Source of the DNA: Octopus sinensis
Taxonomy: Eukaryota
Direction of reading: 5' to 3'
Length of the DNA stretch: 64,000 bases
Assembly: GCF_006345805.1 (NCBI RefSeq)
Contig: NC_043002.1
Location: forward strand, 35,712,001 to 35,776,000
Shown here: positions 12,540-25,847 of the stretch, piece by piece
Position numbering within the stretch: position 1 is the first letter of the stretch
Layout: every line of letters starts with the position of its first letter
The notes under the pieces: generated by a model
What the model was told of the DNA's origin: nothing
Database searches by the model: none
Seen by the model: the letters and a program-made list of their open reading frames with translations, nothing else
Program-made: the position numbers and the translations under genes

Positions 12540-13500
12540 TCTAGCACTATAATACTGTTTAATCCAACTATAAACAAGTGTATATATTTGAATAAACATT
12601 TTATGTTTTTCTAGTTCGTATACGAGTTAAAATATCCGTCACCACGTTCAATACATAATCGATATCTTTTTGAGTTGCTAAAATTGAATCTTTTTAGAAT
12701 GTTCCGGTCTGAAATTTCCTTACTTATTGGATTCTTCACCGTAAATTTTCAATATCTATGATAGTAGTTCTGTAGGCTTTGTCCATAAAGTTATCTCCAA
12801 ATTGAGAAATTCAAGCAATTGAATCGGGGTTTCCAAGTGACTAAAAGATCAGTTTATCTCTACCCAACAAACATCTTGGAAAATGGATATCAAGAAACTG
12901 GTGTGCATTGAGCACATCAATTTTCTGTAAACTAGTGCCGGAGGGTATTCTTTTCTGTTTCATGCCTGGTACCATTTTTCAGGAACTCCAAGTAGGAATT
13001 CTATGTTAGAGTGGTGTAGTAAAAATAGGCACCAAAAGCAAACTTGGTGTAAGCTATTCAAACTGTAACTTTGGGCAATTGGATCAAATGATCAAATGTT
13101 TTGTGAGGATTTGGGCAACCCTGTACTCAGCTATTCAGCTTCTCAACAAAACCCACTGTCTAACATGAGAAGTTGTTTCATCACAATATAAAATCTTTCT
13201 AAGGTAGTATGTATCACTGGCTATTGTATCAATGACGTGTTCAAACATCTCGTACATTTATCATGGAAGATTTTAGATACCTTCAAATAGAGCTGTAGGA
13301 GATACATTTAAAGCATCCTGCAGCAACGGATGGTATTTCCTTGAAAATGAATAGCAACAGATGGCTGTGGTTCACTGAGAGGGTTCGACCTTCCAGATCT
13401 CGACAGGTCATCACCTGAGCGTACAGTTTTAGAATGCTTGAAAATTTTCACGATCAAAGACATGACAAGACGGGATTCGATATAGTTCTTGTTATCAAAT
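12540..13500 (-). mobile_element. Highly degenerate Tc1/mariner-superfamily transposase (rosa/maT-like)
   Basis: Fragments GDDLSRSGR, HQFLDIHFPRCLLGR, a WPP.SPD-like remnant with FSIWR, and CIERGDGYF, in the expected order. Confidence 0.55.
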
Positions 13501-13888
13501 CCCTTCGACGAGAAGGGTCAATTCGTTCATTATATTATGTCATTTTAAGTTAATGAGTTTTCACTTTCATTTAAAAATAATATGAAAAGGCAAAGTCCAC
13601 TTCGGCGGAATTCGAATTCAGAATTTCCCCGAGGTCGATGTAACTGATTTACCCACTACCCCCAAATTGCTGGCTTTGAGCCAAAATTTTAAAGCAATTT
13701 GAAAAGACGCACACACACATTTATACATGTGTGTACATACATATATACATACATACATACATACATACAACACACACACAACACACACATATATATATAA
13801 GGTGATTTTAATCACCTTATTTTGAATATGTATGGATAATACCGTACTAAATTCTGGTGCTCAACTTAAGTACCATATTCATCTGAAT

Positions 13889-13934
<46 letters not shown>

Positions 13935-14085
13935 TAATTATATACATAATTATAACAAGCATGGGAAACAATCCTCTCCACGCGCTGAAAATAGACGCCA
14001 AATGACGCTAAAATCACCTTAAAACTAAAAAAACACGGGTTTTAGGAGAGCAAAAAAAATAATAAATTAAACTTTTATATATATA

Positions 14086-14127
<42 letters not shown>

Positions 14128-14178
14128 CTATATATATATATCATATATATATATATATGTATATGTATGCATGTTGTG

Positions 14179-14210
<32 letters not shown>

Positions 14211-14585
14211 TGAATGTATGTATGTATGTATGTATGTATGTATGTATGTATGTATGTATGTATGTATGTGTGTGTGTGTGTGCGTGCCTGCGTGTAAGTC
14301 TTTGAGCGAAGAGAACGGAACGGGTAGTATAAATTGCTTAATCCATTCCCTTCACCCACAGACTTATTGTCGCATAATTAACAACTTTCTTTACTATATA
14401 CTGAAGCTGTATAATGGCGGACATCTTATCGGAATTTCTGTCTAATTCGAAATGGGACGCAGTTTATTGGATACATTGATTAATAAACTTTATTGATCGA
14501 TTATCATCTTCGTGTTTTCTATTCAAGCCTTGTCTATGGTTGAGGATAACCAACTGTCTGTACCACAACCATATTGGATCTCACT

Positions 14586-14648
<63 letters not shown>

Positions 14649-14756
14649 TATATATATAGTTTGTGAAATAGAAAGATGAATAATCCTTGTTGCAGATTAA
14701 TCAAAAGTTTAACCTATACCTTGGTAGCAAAATCACAGCAGAAGACAGCACGGTTG

Positions 14757-14875
14757 GAGGTACAACCATATGGTGTTGCAACGTGCGTTGGTGCGGATAA
14801 TTGAATTCTAAATATCCATTTATTCTGTTCAATCTTCGTTCAACTCCATTTCTTTCAATTCACTATATATATATA

Positions 14876-14949
<74 letters not shown>

Positions 14950-15183
14950 TATGCATGTATGTATGTATATTCATGTATATCTGTATGTATCAAATTATTT
15001 TCACACCAAGATATATAAAAATATAAAACAAAATTGTTATAGAAAGAAATTTTATACAATCTAAATGTTAAAGGAGTTCTAAATCACCCTGTGTGTGTAT
15101 GTATGTATGCATGTATATATGTACGTATGTATATCTGGTGTGTGTGTGTGTGTGTGTATGTGTGTGAGTGAGTGAGTGAGTGA

Positions 15184-15240
<57 letters not shown>

Positions 15241-16228
15241 CTGCGTAGATTCGTGCCAAACTGCAGCAGATTTTCATCTTTCTATTCGAAGCACAACGCA
15301 GATTGTAACGAATCTACGCAATAAATACAGATTTACGTCGTTTTAATTTCTTGATTCCCGTCTTTAATAGTGACTATTAGTGATTGCCATATATGTGTGT
15401 GTATGACTTTTTAATCTCGGAATTGTACTTGTCTGGCAAGAGATTTGATCTGTGGCCGTGTGTTGAACTATGTCAGTGAACTGCTAACTGATATTGTATT
15501 ACTGCAAGTCTGTTGCAGTTACCAGATTGCAGAGAGTGCAACGTAAATTGTGACCCCAGATAAATGATTAAATGAAGCTAACACTTTCTGTATTTTTTTT
15601 TATTATATGTAATACTCATTTTCTCGTTTCTCTCTCCTCCCACTCTCTCTACATATATACGTTGTGTGAGTGTGTGTGTGTGTGTNNNNNNNNNNNNNNN
15701 NNNNNNNNNNNNNNNNNNNNNNNNNNNNNNNNNNNNNNNNNNNNNNNNNNNNNNNNNNNNNNNNNNNNNNNNNNNNNNNNNNNNNGAGGTACAACCATAT
15801 GGTGTTGCAACCGTGCGTTGGTGGCGGATAATTGAATTCTAATATTCCATTTCTTCTGTTCAATCTTCGTTCAACTCCATTTCTTCAATTCACTATATAT
15901 ATATATATAAAATATATATATATATATATATAATATATATATATTATATATAATTATATATCTATGTATGTATGTATTTAGGCATGTATGTATGTATATT
16001 CATGTATATCTGTATGTATCAAATTATTTTCACACCAAGATATTAAAAATATAAAAACAAAATTGTTATAGAAAAAGAAAATTTTATACAATCTAAATGT
16101 TAAAGGAGTTCTAAATCACCCTGTGTGTGTATGTATGTATGCATGTATATATGTACGTATGTATATCTGTGTGTGTGTGTGTGTGGGTGTATGTGTGGTG
16201 AGTGAGTGAGTGAGTGAGTGAGTGAGGT

Positions 16229-16296
<68 letters not shown>

Positions 16297-16745
16297 CTGC
16301 GTAGATTCGTGCCAAACTGCAGCAGATTTTCATCTTTCTATTCGAAGCACAACGCAGATTGTAACGAATCTACGCAATAAATACAGATTTACGTCGTTTT
16401 AATTTCTTGATGTCCGTCTTTAATAGTGACTATTAGTGATGCCCATATATGTGTGTGTATGACTTTTTAATCTCGGAATTGTACTTGTCTGGCAAGAGAT
16501 TTGATCTGTGGCCGTGTGTGTTGAACTATGTCAGTGAACTGCTAACTGATATTGATATACTGCAAGTCTGTTGCAGTTACCAGATTGCAGAGAGTGCAAC
16601 GTAAATTGTGACCCCAGATAAATGATTAAATGAAGCTAACACTTTCTGTATTTTTTTTTATTATATGTAATACTCATTTTCTCTCTTTCTCTCTCCCTCC
16701 CACTCTCTCTACATATATACGTGTGTGAGTGTGTGTGTGTGTGTG
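14757..16745. repeat. Near-identical ~930-960 bp segments either side of the gap (14757-15685 and 15786-~16745)
   Basis: Colinear; differences are mostly 1-2 bp indels and microsatellite length changes. Confidence 0.95.
15686..15785. other. Assembly gap (100 N)
   Basis: Direct reading; a round 100 N usually marks a gap of unknown size. Confidence 1.
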
Positions 16746-16776
<31 letters not shown>

Positions 16777-17189
16777 TGTGTGTGTGTATGCATGTCTGTA
16801 TATGTGTATGACTTTTTTCAGTTACATTAAATGAGAACCAAAGTATTACTTGAATTTCTAACACATTTAATGTTGAGTGCATGATAACTGAAATTAACCC
16901 GGACTAAAGCTGTAATAAGGGGAGGTAAACATTGTCAAGCAATACTCAAACAAAAGCAAAGATCACAACTTTAAGTGAAAAAAAAATTGAAATTAGTTGA
17001 TGCATCAGAACCTCAGTTAATTAAAATTAGGAAATAGGAAATGCGGTAATGGGAAAATAATTTGATCTTTCGCTTGCAAAGTGACAAATGGCGACATGTT
17101 TCAGACTGATTAGATCTCTTCAAAGAAACGACATAACAATTTCTAATCTTCGAAAGAACGTGAAATAATATGCATATGTGCGTGTGTAT

Positions 17190-17248
17190 ACATACATACA
17201 AACATACATACATACATATATACATATATACATACATACATACATACA

Positions 17249-17282
<34 letters not shown>

Positions 17283-17340
17283 CATACATACATACATACA
17301 TACATACATACATACATACATACATACATACATACATACT
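17190..17340. repeat. (TACA)n microsatellite
   Basis: Direct reading; abuts the R4/Dong-like fragment. Confidence 0.95.
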
Positions 17341-18358
17341 TAGGCTCTAGCTAAAAAGAAATAAAGGTGGTAGAAGACTGAGATCAGTGCAGACGGCCTT
17401 CGAATGCCGTATGGTATCACTCGGGCAACACCTGCTAAACAACAGCGGCAAAATAAATATATTAATGCAGTCCTGAAAAGTGAAGTGAGCAACATTGTAC
17501 AAGTTGGCAGTGAACTCCTCAAGAAACACTCTCCTCTTGATGATCTCTTATACAGCTCCAAAACAGCTGGGCTCTCTTACCTCAGAGAAGACCTGGATGG
17601 AAAGCACTCAGCATACTAAAAAAGACCACGTATGGGTATGTTGCCCAGAAGCTTGAAGAAAACAGTAGAATTGACACGAAGCGCAGCGTCACTTTGAAGG
17701 CTATGCGTTTGCAATCCAAGAACAGGAGACTGCTACAAAATACTTAGTGAAGAAGAGAGAGAGTGACGCTCTTGTAATCCCAAGGTGCAACCGCAAGTAT
17801 AGGCTATACCATGTTTCTGTAGAAGACATTACGCATGTGATTAGCAGCTGTCCTAAAATGTCGTCACGGTACTACCTTTCTATGCGGCACGATGTTGTTG
17901 CTAAAACAATTTACAATGCTATCCGCAAAAAAGACTGTCTGAATAAACTTAGAAAATCCCCCCTGTTATGGAATACATTCATAAATACCAACTCAAGGAA
18001 TACTAGTGGAATATTCCCATCAAAACTTCGGTCAAATGTAAGCATAACAGGCTGGACGTTGTTGTTTGGAACAGAGGAACCAAGGTATGTACAATCATAA
18101 CGATCAGCTGCCTTGCAGATATAAATATCTCTTTGAAAAATCAAAGAAAACGAGGATATCTATGGACAACTGCTTCGAAACCTCCAGCTTCTATATCCAG
18201 ACTATGAATTCATATTCATACCAATAATAATAAGAGCACTAGGTTTTGTTAGTAAACGCTTAAAAGAGAATCTGAATAAACCGGGATTTTCAGAAAAAGA
18301 AATTGACCTGCTGATTCGTACATTACAAGTCCAACCTGTGAGTGGAACAGTAAAAATA
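17341..18358 (+). mobile_element. R4/Dong-like (RLE-type) non-LTR retrotransposon, degenerate 3' ORF region
   Basis: GGRRLRSVQTAFECR, HFEGYAFAIQEQE, CCHC knuckle region (EDITHVISSCPKMSSRYYLSMRHDVVAK) and RLE C-terminus (EDIYGQLLRNLQLLYPDYEFIFIPIII.ALG...SGTVKI). Confidence 0.85.
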
Positions 18359-18910
18359 CGAGTTCAAATTCTGTATTGGTCGACGTTGGCTTTTATCTTT
18401 TCTGGGTGGATAAAATAAGTTCCATTTGAGCTGTGGGGTCGATGTAATCGCCTTAACTCCTCACCCGAAATTGCTGGTCTTGGGCCAAACTTTGAAACCA
18501 GTATATGCATATGTACACATCTATGCATATATGTACGCATGCATAAATCAATGAGACAATCTGAAACATCCGACATCAGTTTAAAGATGCTAATTTTCCT
18601 TGCCTTATTATGGACGATACTCTATCACTAAGGAGATAGTAATTATCTCGCCATTACTTCGGTTTGAGTGCTGAAGTCTATGGTTTGCTGAGAAAGTCTC
18701 AAAATTAGTGAAATAATATTAAGTATTACGGTCATGTGTTTTATTCACTGCATAAATATATTTATAAGTAGATGTTTTTATGATCACTAAATGTTCATTA
18801 AATATGCAAACAATAACTTAAGTGTGATTATAATCAATGTAATTACATGGGGTATATGTAAATATATGTCTATATTTCTGTACATATATATGTACGTTCG
18901 TATATGTGTG

Positions 18911-19011
<101 letters not shown>

Positions 19012-19575
19012 TTATTTATCTATCTGCCTGGCTATCTGCCTGTCTGTTTGTCTGTCTGTAGGCCTGCCTGCCTGTCTGTCAGCTATCTATGTATATACGC
19101 ATATACTTACGTATATTTATATATCTTTATATATTGAAGTTTCCTTATTTTATTCCCATACAACGATGAAGCATGTAATTCAGGGGGAATGTTACAAGGA
19201 CAAGGTTGCAGTTTTGACGCGATGTTATACGACATACGATCAGGTGTTGTTTAAATTATCTTTCGTCAACTCTTGTTAGACAATCTGTCAGACAACACTA
19301 CACACACACACACAGACACACACACCACACGCGCGCGCGCGCGCGCGTTAACTGACAAACCTGCAGTAGTCACTAACTCTTCAAACAACGTTATATCATT
19401 GAGTATGTAAGTAGACTCTGTGCATCTCATCTATTGTCTTTCTGTCAATTGTCGTTCAGTAGCAGCAGCAGTAGTCGTAGTAGTAATAATAATAATAGTA
19501 GTAGTAGTCGATAGTAGATGTTGTTTGTTATTATTGTTGGCGTTTTTATTTCACACACACATGTGTGCGCTTATG

Positions 19576-19608
<33 letters not shown>

Positions 19609-19732
19609 CACACATACATATACATACATACATATATATGTATACATACATATATATATATAGGTGTATATATATATACATATATGTATATACTCACATA
19701 CCCATATATTTATGTATACAGGATATATAATA

Positions 19733-20082
19733 TATGCAAATATGTAATTGAAAATAAAGTTTATTTGGTAGCCGAATGATTACTGAATCTTTTAATACCC
19801 CACACGTCAAAATCGGCAACTAACTTTTAGAATGCATAAGGAACATACGTGCACACACACACACACACACACAGACGCAGGGCTTGAGTGTGTGTGTGTG
19901 CGTGCGTGCGTGTGTGCGTATATGTGTGTGTTGTGTGCGCGCACGTATATTCCTTATGCATTCTAAACTTAGTTTCCGATTTTGACGTATGGGGTATCAA
20001 AATTTTGACGTATGGGGTATCTTGACGTATGGGATACCTTTCAGCTACCAAATAAACTTCATTTTCATATACATATTTGTAT
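19733..20082. mobile_element. Foldback/MITE-like element with ~120-140 bp inverted arms
   Basis: 19733-19854 is the reverse complement of 19938-20082; the right arm has three copies of ttgacgtatgggg/atac; the centre is (CA)n...(TG)n. Confidence 0.8.
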
Positions 20083-20474
20083 TACAAAAATTTAACATTA
20101 TAATCTTTCTATAAGTCAACTATTGTAAACGACATTTTATATCACGACGACGACGTCATATTTTCTATATGAGTGTGTATGTGTCTGTGAGTATGTGTGT
20201 GTTTGTGTTTGCGTGTTCCTTATGTACTTTAGGACGATGACTGAGAAGTATATGTGTGTGAGTGTATGTCAGTGTGTGTGGGGGAATATACATGCATTTT
20301 TGTAACGATTGACACACACACACACTCGCACACGCACACGCACACACTCATACACAAATAAAGAGAGAGAGAGAGAGAGACACACACACACACGCACACA
20401 GAGTGACATAGATATGCTTGAGGTGTACGTGAACGTATGTATCTCTGTGTCTGTCCTAGTATATGTACCTTTGG

Positions 20475-21245
20475 TGACATGTGAAAAAACTTAATCTTAC
20501 AAGCAACATGAAAGTACTTCTATACAAGCTTCTTAAAATTGGTAATGGGATATTAACATTCAACTCAAGACTTCAGCTACATGAAATTACATGCGATCAA
20601 ATGATATTTTCTCTTAGGGAGCTTATGGATAAAACATTTCCTAATTTATCTGTCAATTACACTGATGTAAACTAGCTATGTGAAACAGCTATACTGGCTC
20701 CAACTAATGAAATGGTTGATAAACTCAATCATAAATTTCTCCAAAAGTTAATAGATACATCAAAAATGACTTTTCGATCAATTGACAACAGTCAATCAAG
20801 ATCAGGTTGTTCAATACCCTGTTGAATTTCTGAACACACTTAAACCCACTGGAATGCCACTGCATAACTTGACATTAAAACTGGGTGCTTCTATTATGTT
20901 GCTTAGGAATCTTGACCCACCTCATCTATGTAATGGAACTCGCTTAGTTATTACTTCCATGAAGTCCCATGTCCCACAGGCAACAATCATAAAAGGTAGT
21001 CACAAAAGAGAAAGTCATTTTATTCCAAAATTCCTCTCATATCTAAGTTTTGGTATTTCAATTAACAAATCTCAGGGTCAATCCCTCAAGGTAGTTTGAC
21101 TTCATCTCTCTACTACATACTTCTCCCACGGCTAACTCTATATTGCTTGCTCGCGACTTGGAAGCAGTAACAATTTATTCATTTCGACACCAACAAAAAA
21201 ATTACACAATAAATATTGTTTACCCTGAGGTGCTTCAACATTGAC
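20475..21245 (+). mobile_element. Helitron Pif1-family helicase, C-terminal pseudogene fragment
   Basis: LLKIGNG, AILAPTN, YPVEFLNTLKPTGMPLHNLTLKLGASIMLLRNLDPPHLCNGTRL, SINKSQGQSL, FSHG*LYIACSR; stops and frameshifts. Confidence 0.92.
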
Positions 21246-21354
21246 AGATTTTCAGTTCGAAATACTTTTATCATTACAATTTGGATATTTTAAAAGAATA
21301 TATAGATATTTTGAAACAATTACGAGAATATATCTTTATGTTGTTTACTAATCT

Positions 21355-21516
21355 GGTGCAGGAGCGGCTGTGTGGTCAGTAGCTTGCTTTCCAACCACAT
21401 GGTTCCGGGTTCAGTCTCACTGCATGGTATCTTGAGCACGTGTCTTCTGCTATAGCCTCGGATCGCCAAAGCCTTGTGAGTGGATTTGGTAGACGGAGAC
21501 TGAAAGAAGCTCGTCA
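21355..21516 (+). mobile_element. SINE family B, 5' half
   Basis: Head and CORE-like segment match 9221-9380. Confidence 0.88.
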
Positions 21517-23139
21517 TATATATATATATATATATATTTGTATGTGTGTGTGTGTGTGTGTATGTGTGCTTGTTTTTGTGTTTGTGTGTGTTTGTATGTG
21601 TGTGTGTGTGTGTGGTGGCGAGAGAGAGAGAGACAGTGTGTGTGTGTGTACGTTCATAATTAGGGCGACTGAACTCAGTGGAGTGAATCGCTCTCCAATA
21701 ACATGTATATATTAAATATTTTCGCTCAGTGGCATGCTTGCATTTCCTTCAAATGAGGCATGGAAGAAATGGAAGAAATAAATATCCTTCATCTCAAGAA
21801 CTTCGAAATTGACGGCAAAAGGCCAATGGGGTGAGGAGCAACTAGAATAGATGACAGTATACCGTGATGTCTGGTTACAAGACATGATGCAGAGCAGACA
21901 TCCAGTGCGATGTATAATGACTTTGGCGCAATAGAATTTACTGTGAGGATTAGAGATCCTTACAGCCATTTTGGCAACCTCCTGCATTCTCATGCAAGGT
22001 CAGCTGTCTTGACTTTATCTTGCCACTGGGAATATTGTGCGATAACAAGAGAAGGATTCTGACGTGATTATAACTCTTTCTCACATAAATATAACCTTGA
22101 CTCATGTCAAGCGGGGAAGACTGCTTGGCAAACGACTGACAGACCGTGACATCTGTGGCGGTTGGAATCTTCCGCACATTTGTAGCAACGATATACCACC
22201 ACTTTTGTAGTTTCTGGTGCACAGAAACTGTAGTGTAAATGGAGTCAAATGCGGTTCTTTCCCTACGAAATGTCTGTGACTCTTGTGGAAATGCTTCGTA
22301 GTTAGCTATCGCCATCATTGATTACTGACGGCTGAAACTTCTTGAAAGAGTCACATGCGGCAACTCTTTCATTGCTGAAGGTCCGGTTATCATATATTTG
22401 CGACAATAAAATAAAACACTTCCGTAGCTTCAGGCGCACAGGAAGTGTAATATAGGCGGGAGCAGGTGTGCCTGGTTCCCTGCATGGATGGACCCTTATC
22501 TAAGTGTCGTGTTGTGGAAATCATTGTTTTTATTGATCCCCAATAAACGAACATATTTTTAAGCATCTTCCTCTTCTCTTTTCTTTCTCTCTTATTTATA
22601 TATTTATTAGCAGATGCTAGGTCATCATGAAATCTGACGGACAAACTATCATGCGTATGTGCGTAAGTGAGTATGTATGTATGTATGTATGTATGTATGT
22701 ATGTATGTATGTATGTATGTATGTATGTATGTGTATGTATGTATGTATGCATGCATGCATGCATGTATGTATACACACACACACAATGACTGCTACTCCG
22801 AGTTTCGCCAGAGGCTGAGCTGCTCACGGCAATCGTGAAAAAGTTCGGTCGGGGGCGAAACTCGGAGTAGACTCAGTTTTTCATATAATAAGCATATGTC
22901 TCCACTCTACCTATTCAGTTCTATATCAGATAATGTTTGCACAATATAAAGTATATTTCAGTATACTTTACAACTCGTACATTGCAATGTGTGTAAGCGC
23001 ATGTATATATGTATATATGTACGTATGTACGTATATATGTATTTGTATGTATATATGCATGTATGTATATATGTATGTATGTATGTTTATATAAAGAAAG
23101 AAAAAGATTGAGAATATAAATTATATATATGTTTGTACT

Positions 23140-23480
23140 GTCGTACCGTCTTGCTTTTTTTTACCCCTCTGCGAAAAGATCTCAGAATTTTAATTGATTT
23201 GCTTTTCGCGGAAGGATTTTTCTTCGAAGTATACGTCTCGCTTTTATCCTTCGAAACGTTTAGTAGATGAAATCTAGGACTGAAGAAGGGATTTTTCGTT
23301 GTGCTTATTGTCTGTATCTCTCCCTTTTTTTGCTTGTTTGTTCCTTGGTTTGTGTCTATGTGTTTCGTCTTATCTAGGTTCGACGTCTTTTTGGGTCCTG
23401 TACACATATATGCGTGTATATGTACATGTAGAGGTAGGTACGTACATATATGTTTATATATATGCATATATTCTATTTAT
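23140..23480 (+). mobile_element. PLE-like family B fragment (diverged)
   Basis: Colinear with 10600-10930: acgtc...ccttcgaaacg..agtaga...ctgaagaaggg...gtcctgtac. Confidence 0.65.
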
Positions 23481-23495
23481 TAACATATATATATA

Positions 23496-23537
<42 letters not shown>

Positions 23538-24381
23538 TATGTATGACACATACAGATGGAGAGAGATAAAAAGAAGAGATTGTGAGAGAGAGTGTGAGAG
23601 AGAGAATGCATATTAGCGGAGTAAATATTACTCAAGTAATATTTCCATCAATTCAAGTTGTCCGCAGGCGGAGAAGAGTTCTTCAGATGGTACATCAGCG
23701 AAACAGAAATTATTCACTGATGACAGTCTTATAGTTGAAGTTCCGTACAGCCATGTAACATATTGTAAACTCCCTGCTGGCCGAGTTTGTTTATGTTTCA
23801 TTTCAATGTTATGATTCTATTACTATTTTGACAAAATCTCGAAATTTTTACTAAAGTATGTCGGTTTGTTTGAATATTACATAACATTCCATTGATCCAT
23901 TTAAAATCGTGCTGCGTTCGATGATGACTAGTTGATGTCTAATTGGCAAAAGATTATCGATCTTTTTCTTATTCCTGCGTCATAATTTGTCAGTGAGGAA
24001 ACGACTTTGAATATCTTTCCTCACACCAACATTTATTCTTTTGTGCTACATGCTTGAGATTTTAAATATAACTTTAAGTAACCAGGTTCTTTCAGCATAG
24101 AGGTGGGATCAAAGAGGGATGTTGGCTGCCCATATTTATGTAATTATATTACTTAAGTGTTATTTAATGCAGAGAATATTAAAGCAAAATAATTACTGAG
24201 GACGGTATTAGCCAAAGACTTCTATTATTTTAATGAGTTTGGAAAGCACAGGATACGTACATATTCCGGTGTTATTAGGATCTCCAGGTTTGGTGGAAAG
24301 AAGTCTGTTTACTGCTCTTGAGGTGCGGTGGTCGCTATGACGATTAAGTGGTGATGGTTAGGTCATGCAGTATTTATATTG

Positions 24382-24587
<206 letters not shown>

Positions 24588-25253
24588 GGATATGATTGGC
24601 AAAGACGTTACATTGGTTAGTTGTGGCAGTTAACATTTCTCATCTATGTCTTATTCGCATTCTGACATTTAAAAACAGTCTATTTTTATCACATGAGATA
24701 TAACTGTAGCTTAATGAAGGTCAAAGAGGGAATTAACTGACATTTTACTGTTTATTCAGAGGAAGAAGGACTGTGCTTACAATCTTTTTTAGAGCCTCTG
24801 AAACCGGTAGGCAATAGGGAGGAAGCCACCCTCAGATTGGGAATCTGGTCTGAATGCTTGCAACAGAAAGGATCCTGCAAAAGACAACCAACGACCAAGC
24901 GATGACAACGGATTAAGTCAACCGGCCAAAATGGTAGGATTATGGTACCGGGAAACCCAAAGATACAAACTGCACTGATACTAGTAATAATGATACAAAA
25001 GTTCCAGCAACACAACATTTCTTCCGCAAATAATTCACATATATATATATCGTTTTTGGATTTGGTTTGCAAGATTCTTTATATGAGTTCGTGTGTTGAA
25101 GCATATTCTGTTGTGTCTGGGGAGAGTCATTTTCTTTTTGTGCCTTATAATGTAACACACACACCGGTAAAATTTCCTCTTATTTCTTATTTTTATTTTC
25201 ATGAAATTTTCGTTGCGTCTTGCAAACTTTTCAATAGTCTTGACTCTGTCCGT

Positions 25254-25291
<38 letters not shown>

Positions 25292-25847
25292 TGGATGTGG
25301 AAATAGCACCCCCATCTTTTATATATAAAAATTTTATCTGTATAGATCTCAAATCTTTTTTCAACTATGAAGTCATATCTGAAATCTTCAGTTTTGGTGT
25401 GAAAGTAGGCTCCGTGGCTAATTATTCAGTCGATTTCAATGCAGCGAAAATGATTTAAACTCTACAGACGATGTCTCAGTTTCAAATCTTGAATTAGCGA
25501 AACATACCGAGAAACAGCTTCGTGTTAAGTTGTTTAAAAAAAAGAAAGAAAAGAAAAAAGATTATGTTATGTTTTAATACTTGCTGCCGAGTGTGCGTAG
25601 CGGCGTGTTTAAGTAGTGGATAGTGAAAAATATGACTTTTGTATGTGTACAAACTTTTTAAATATATGATTAAATTATCTATAATATATATTCATAAACC
25701 GTGATCTCTGCGTTCTGAGTTCAAATCCCGTGAAGATCAACTTTACCTTTTAAATTTCCGGGGCCGATTAAAAAATAAAGTATACGTGCAGAGTAAAAAA
25801 TTGGTGAAATTGTTACGAGATGTCTTACTGTATTTGTTCTGGTATAA

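Noticed and set aside
21712-22400. Relatively GC-rich stretch with a possible zinc knuckle (RCYKC) on the minus strand
   Set aside because: Knuckle spacing is broken and I could not recognise any other domain; may be a decayed gag/ORF1 and needs tBLASTn/HMMER.
24740-25010. Purine-rich segment after a good ttattcag acceptor
   Set aside because: All three frames stop within about 50 codons and no recognisable protein; left unannotated.
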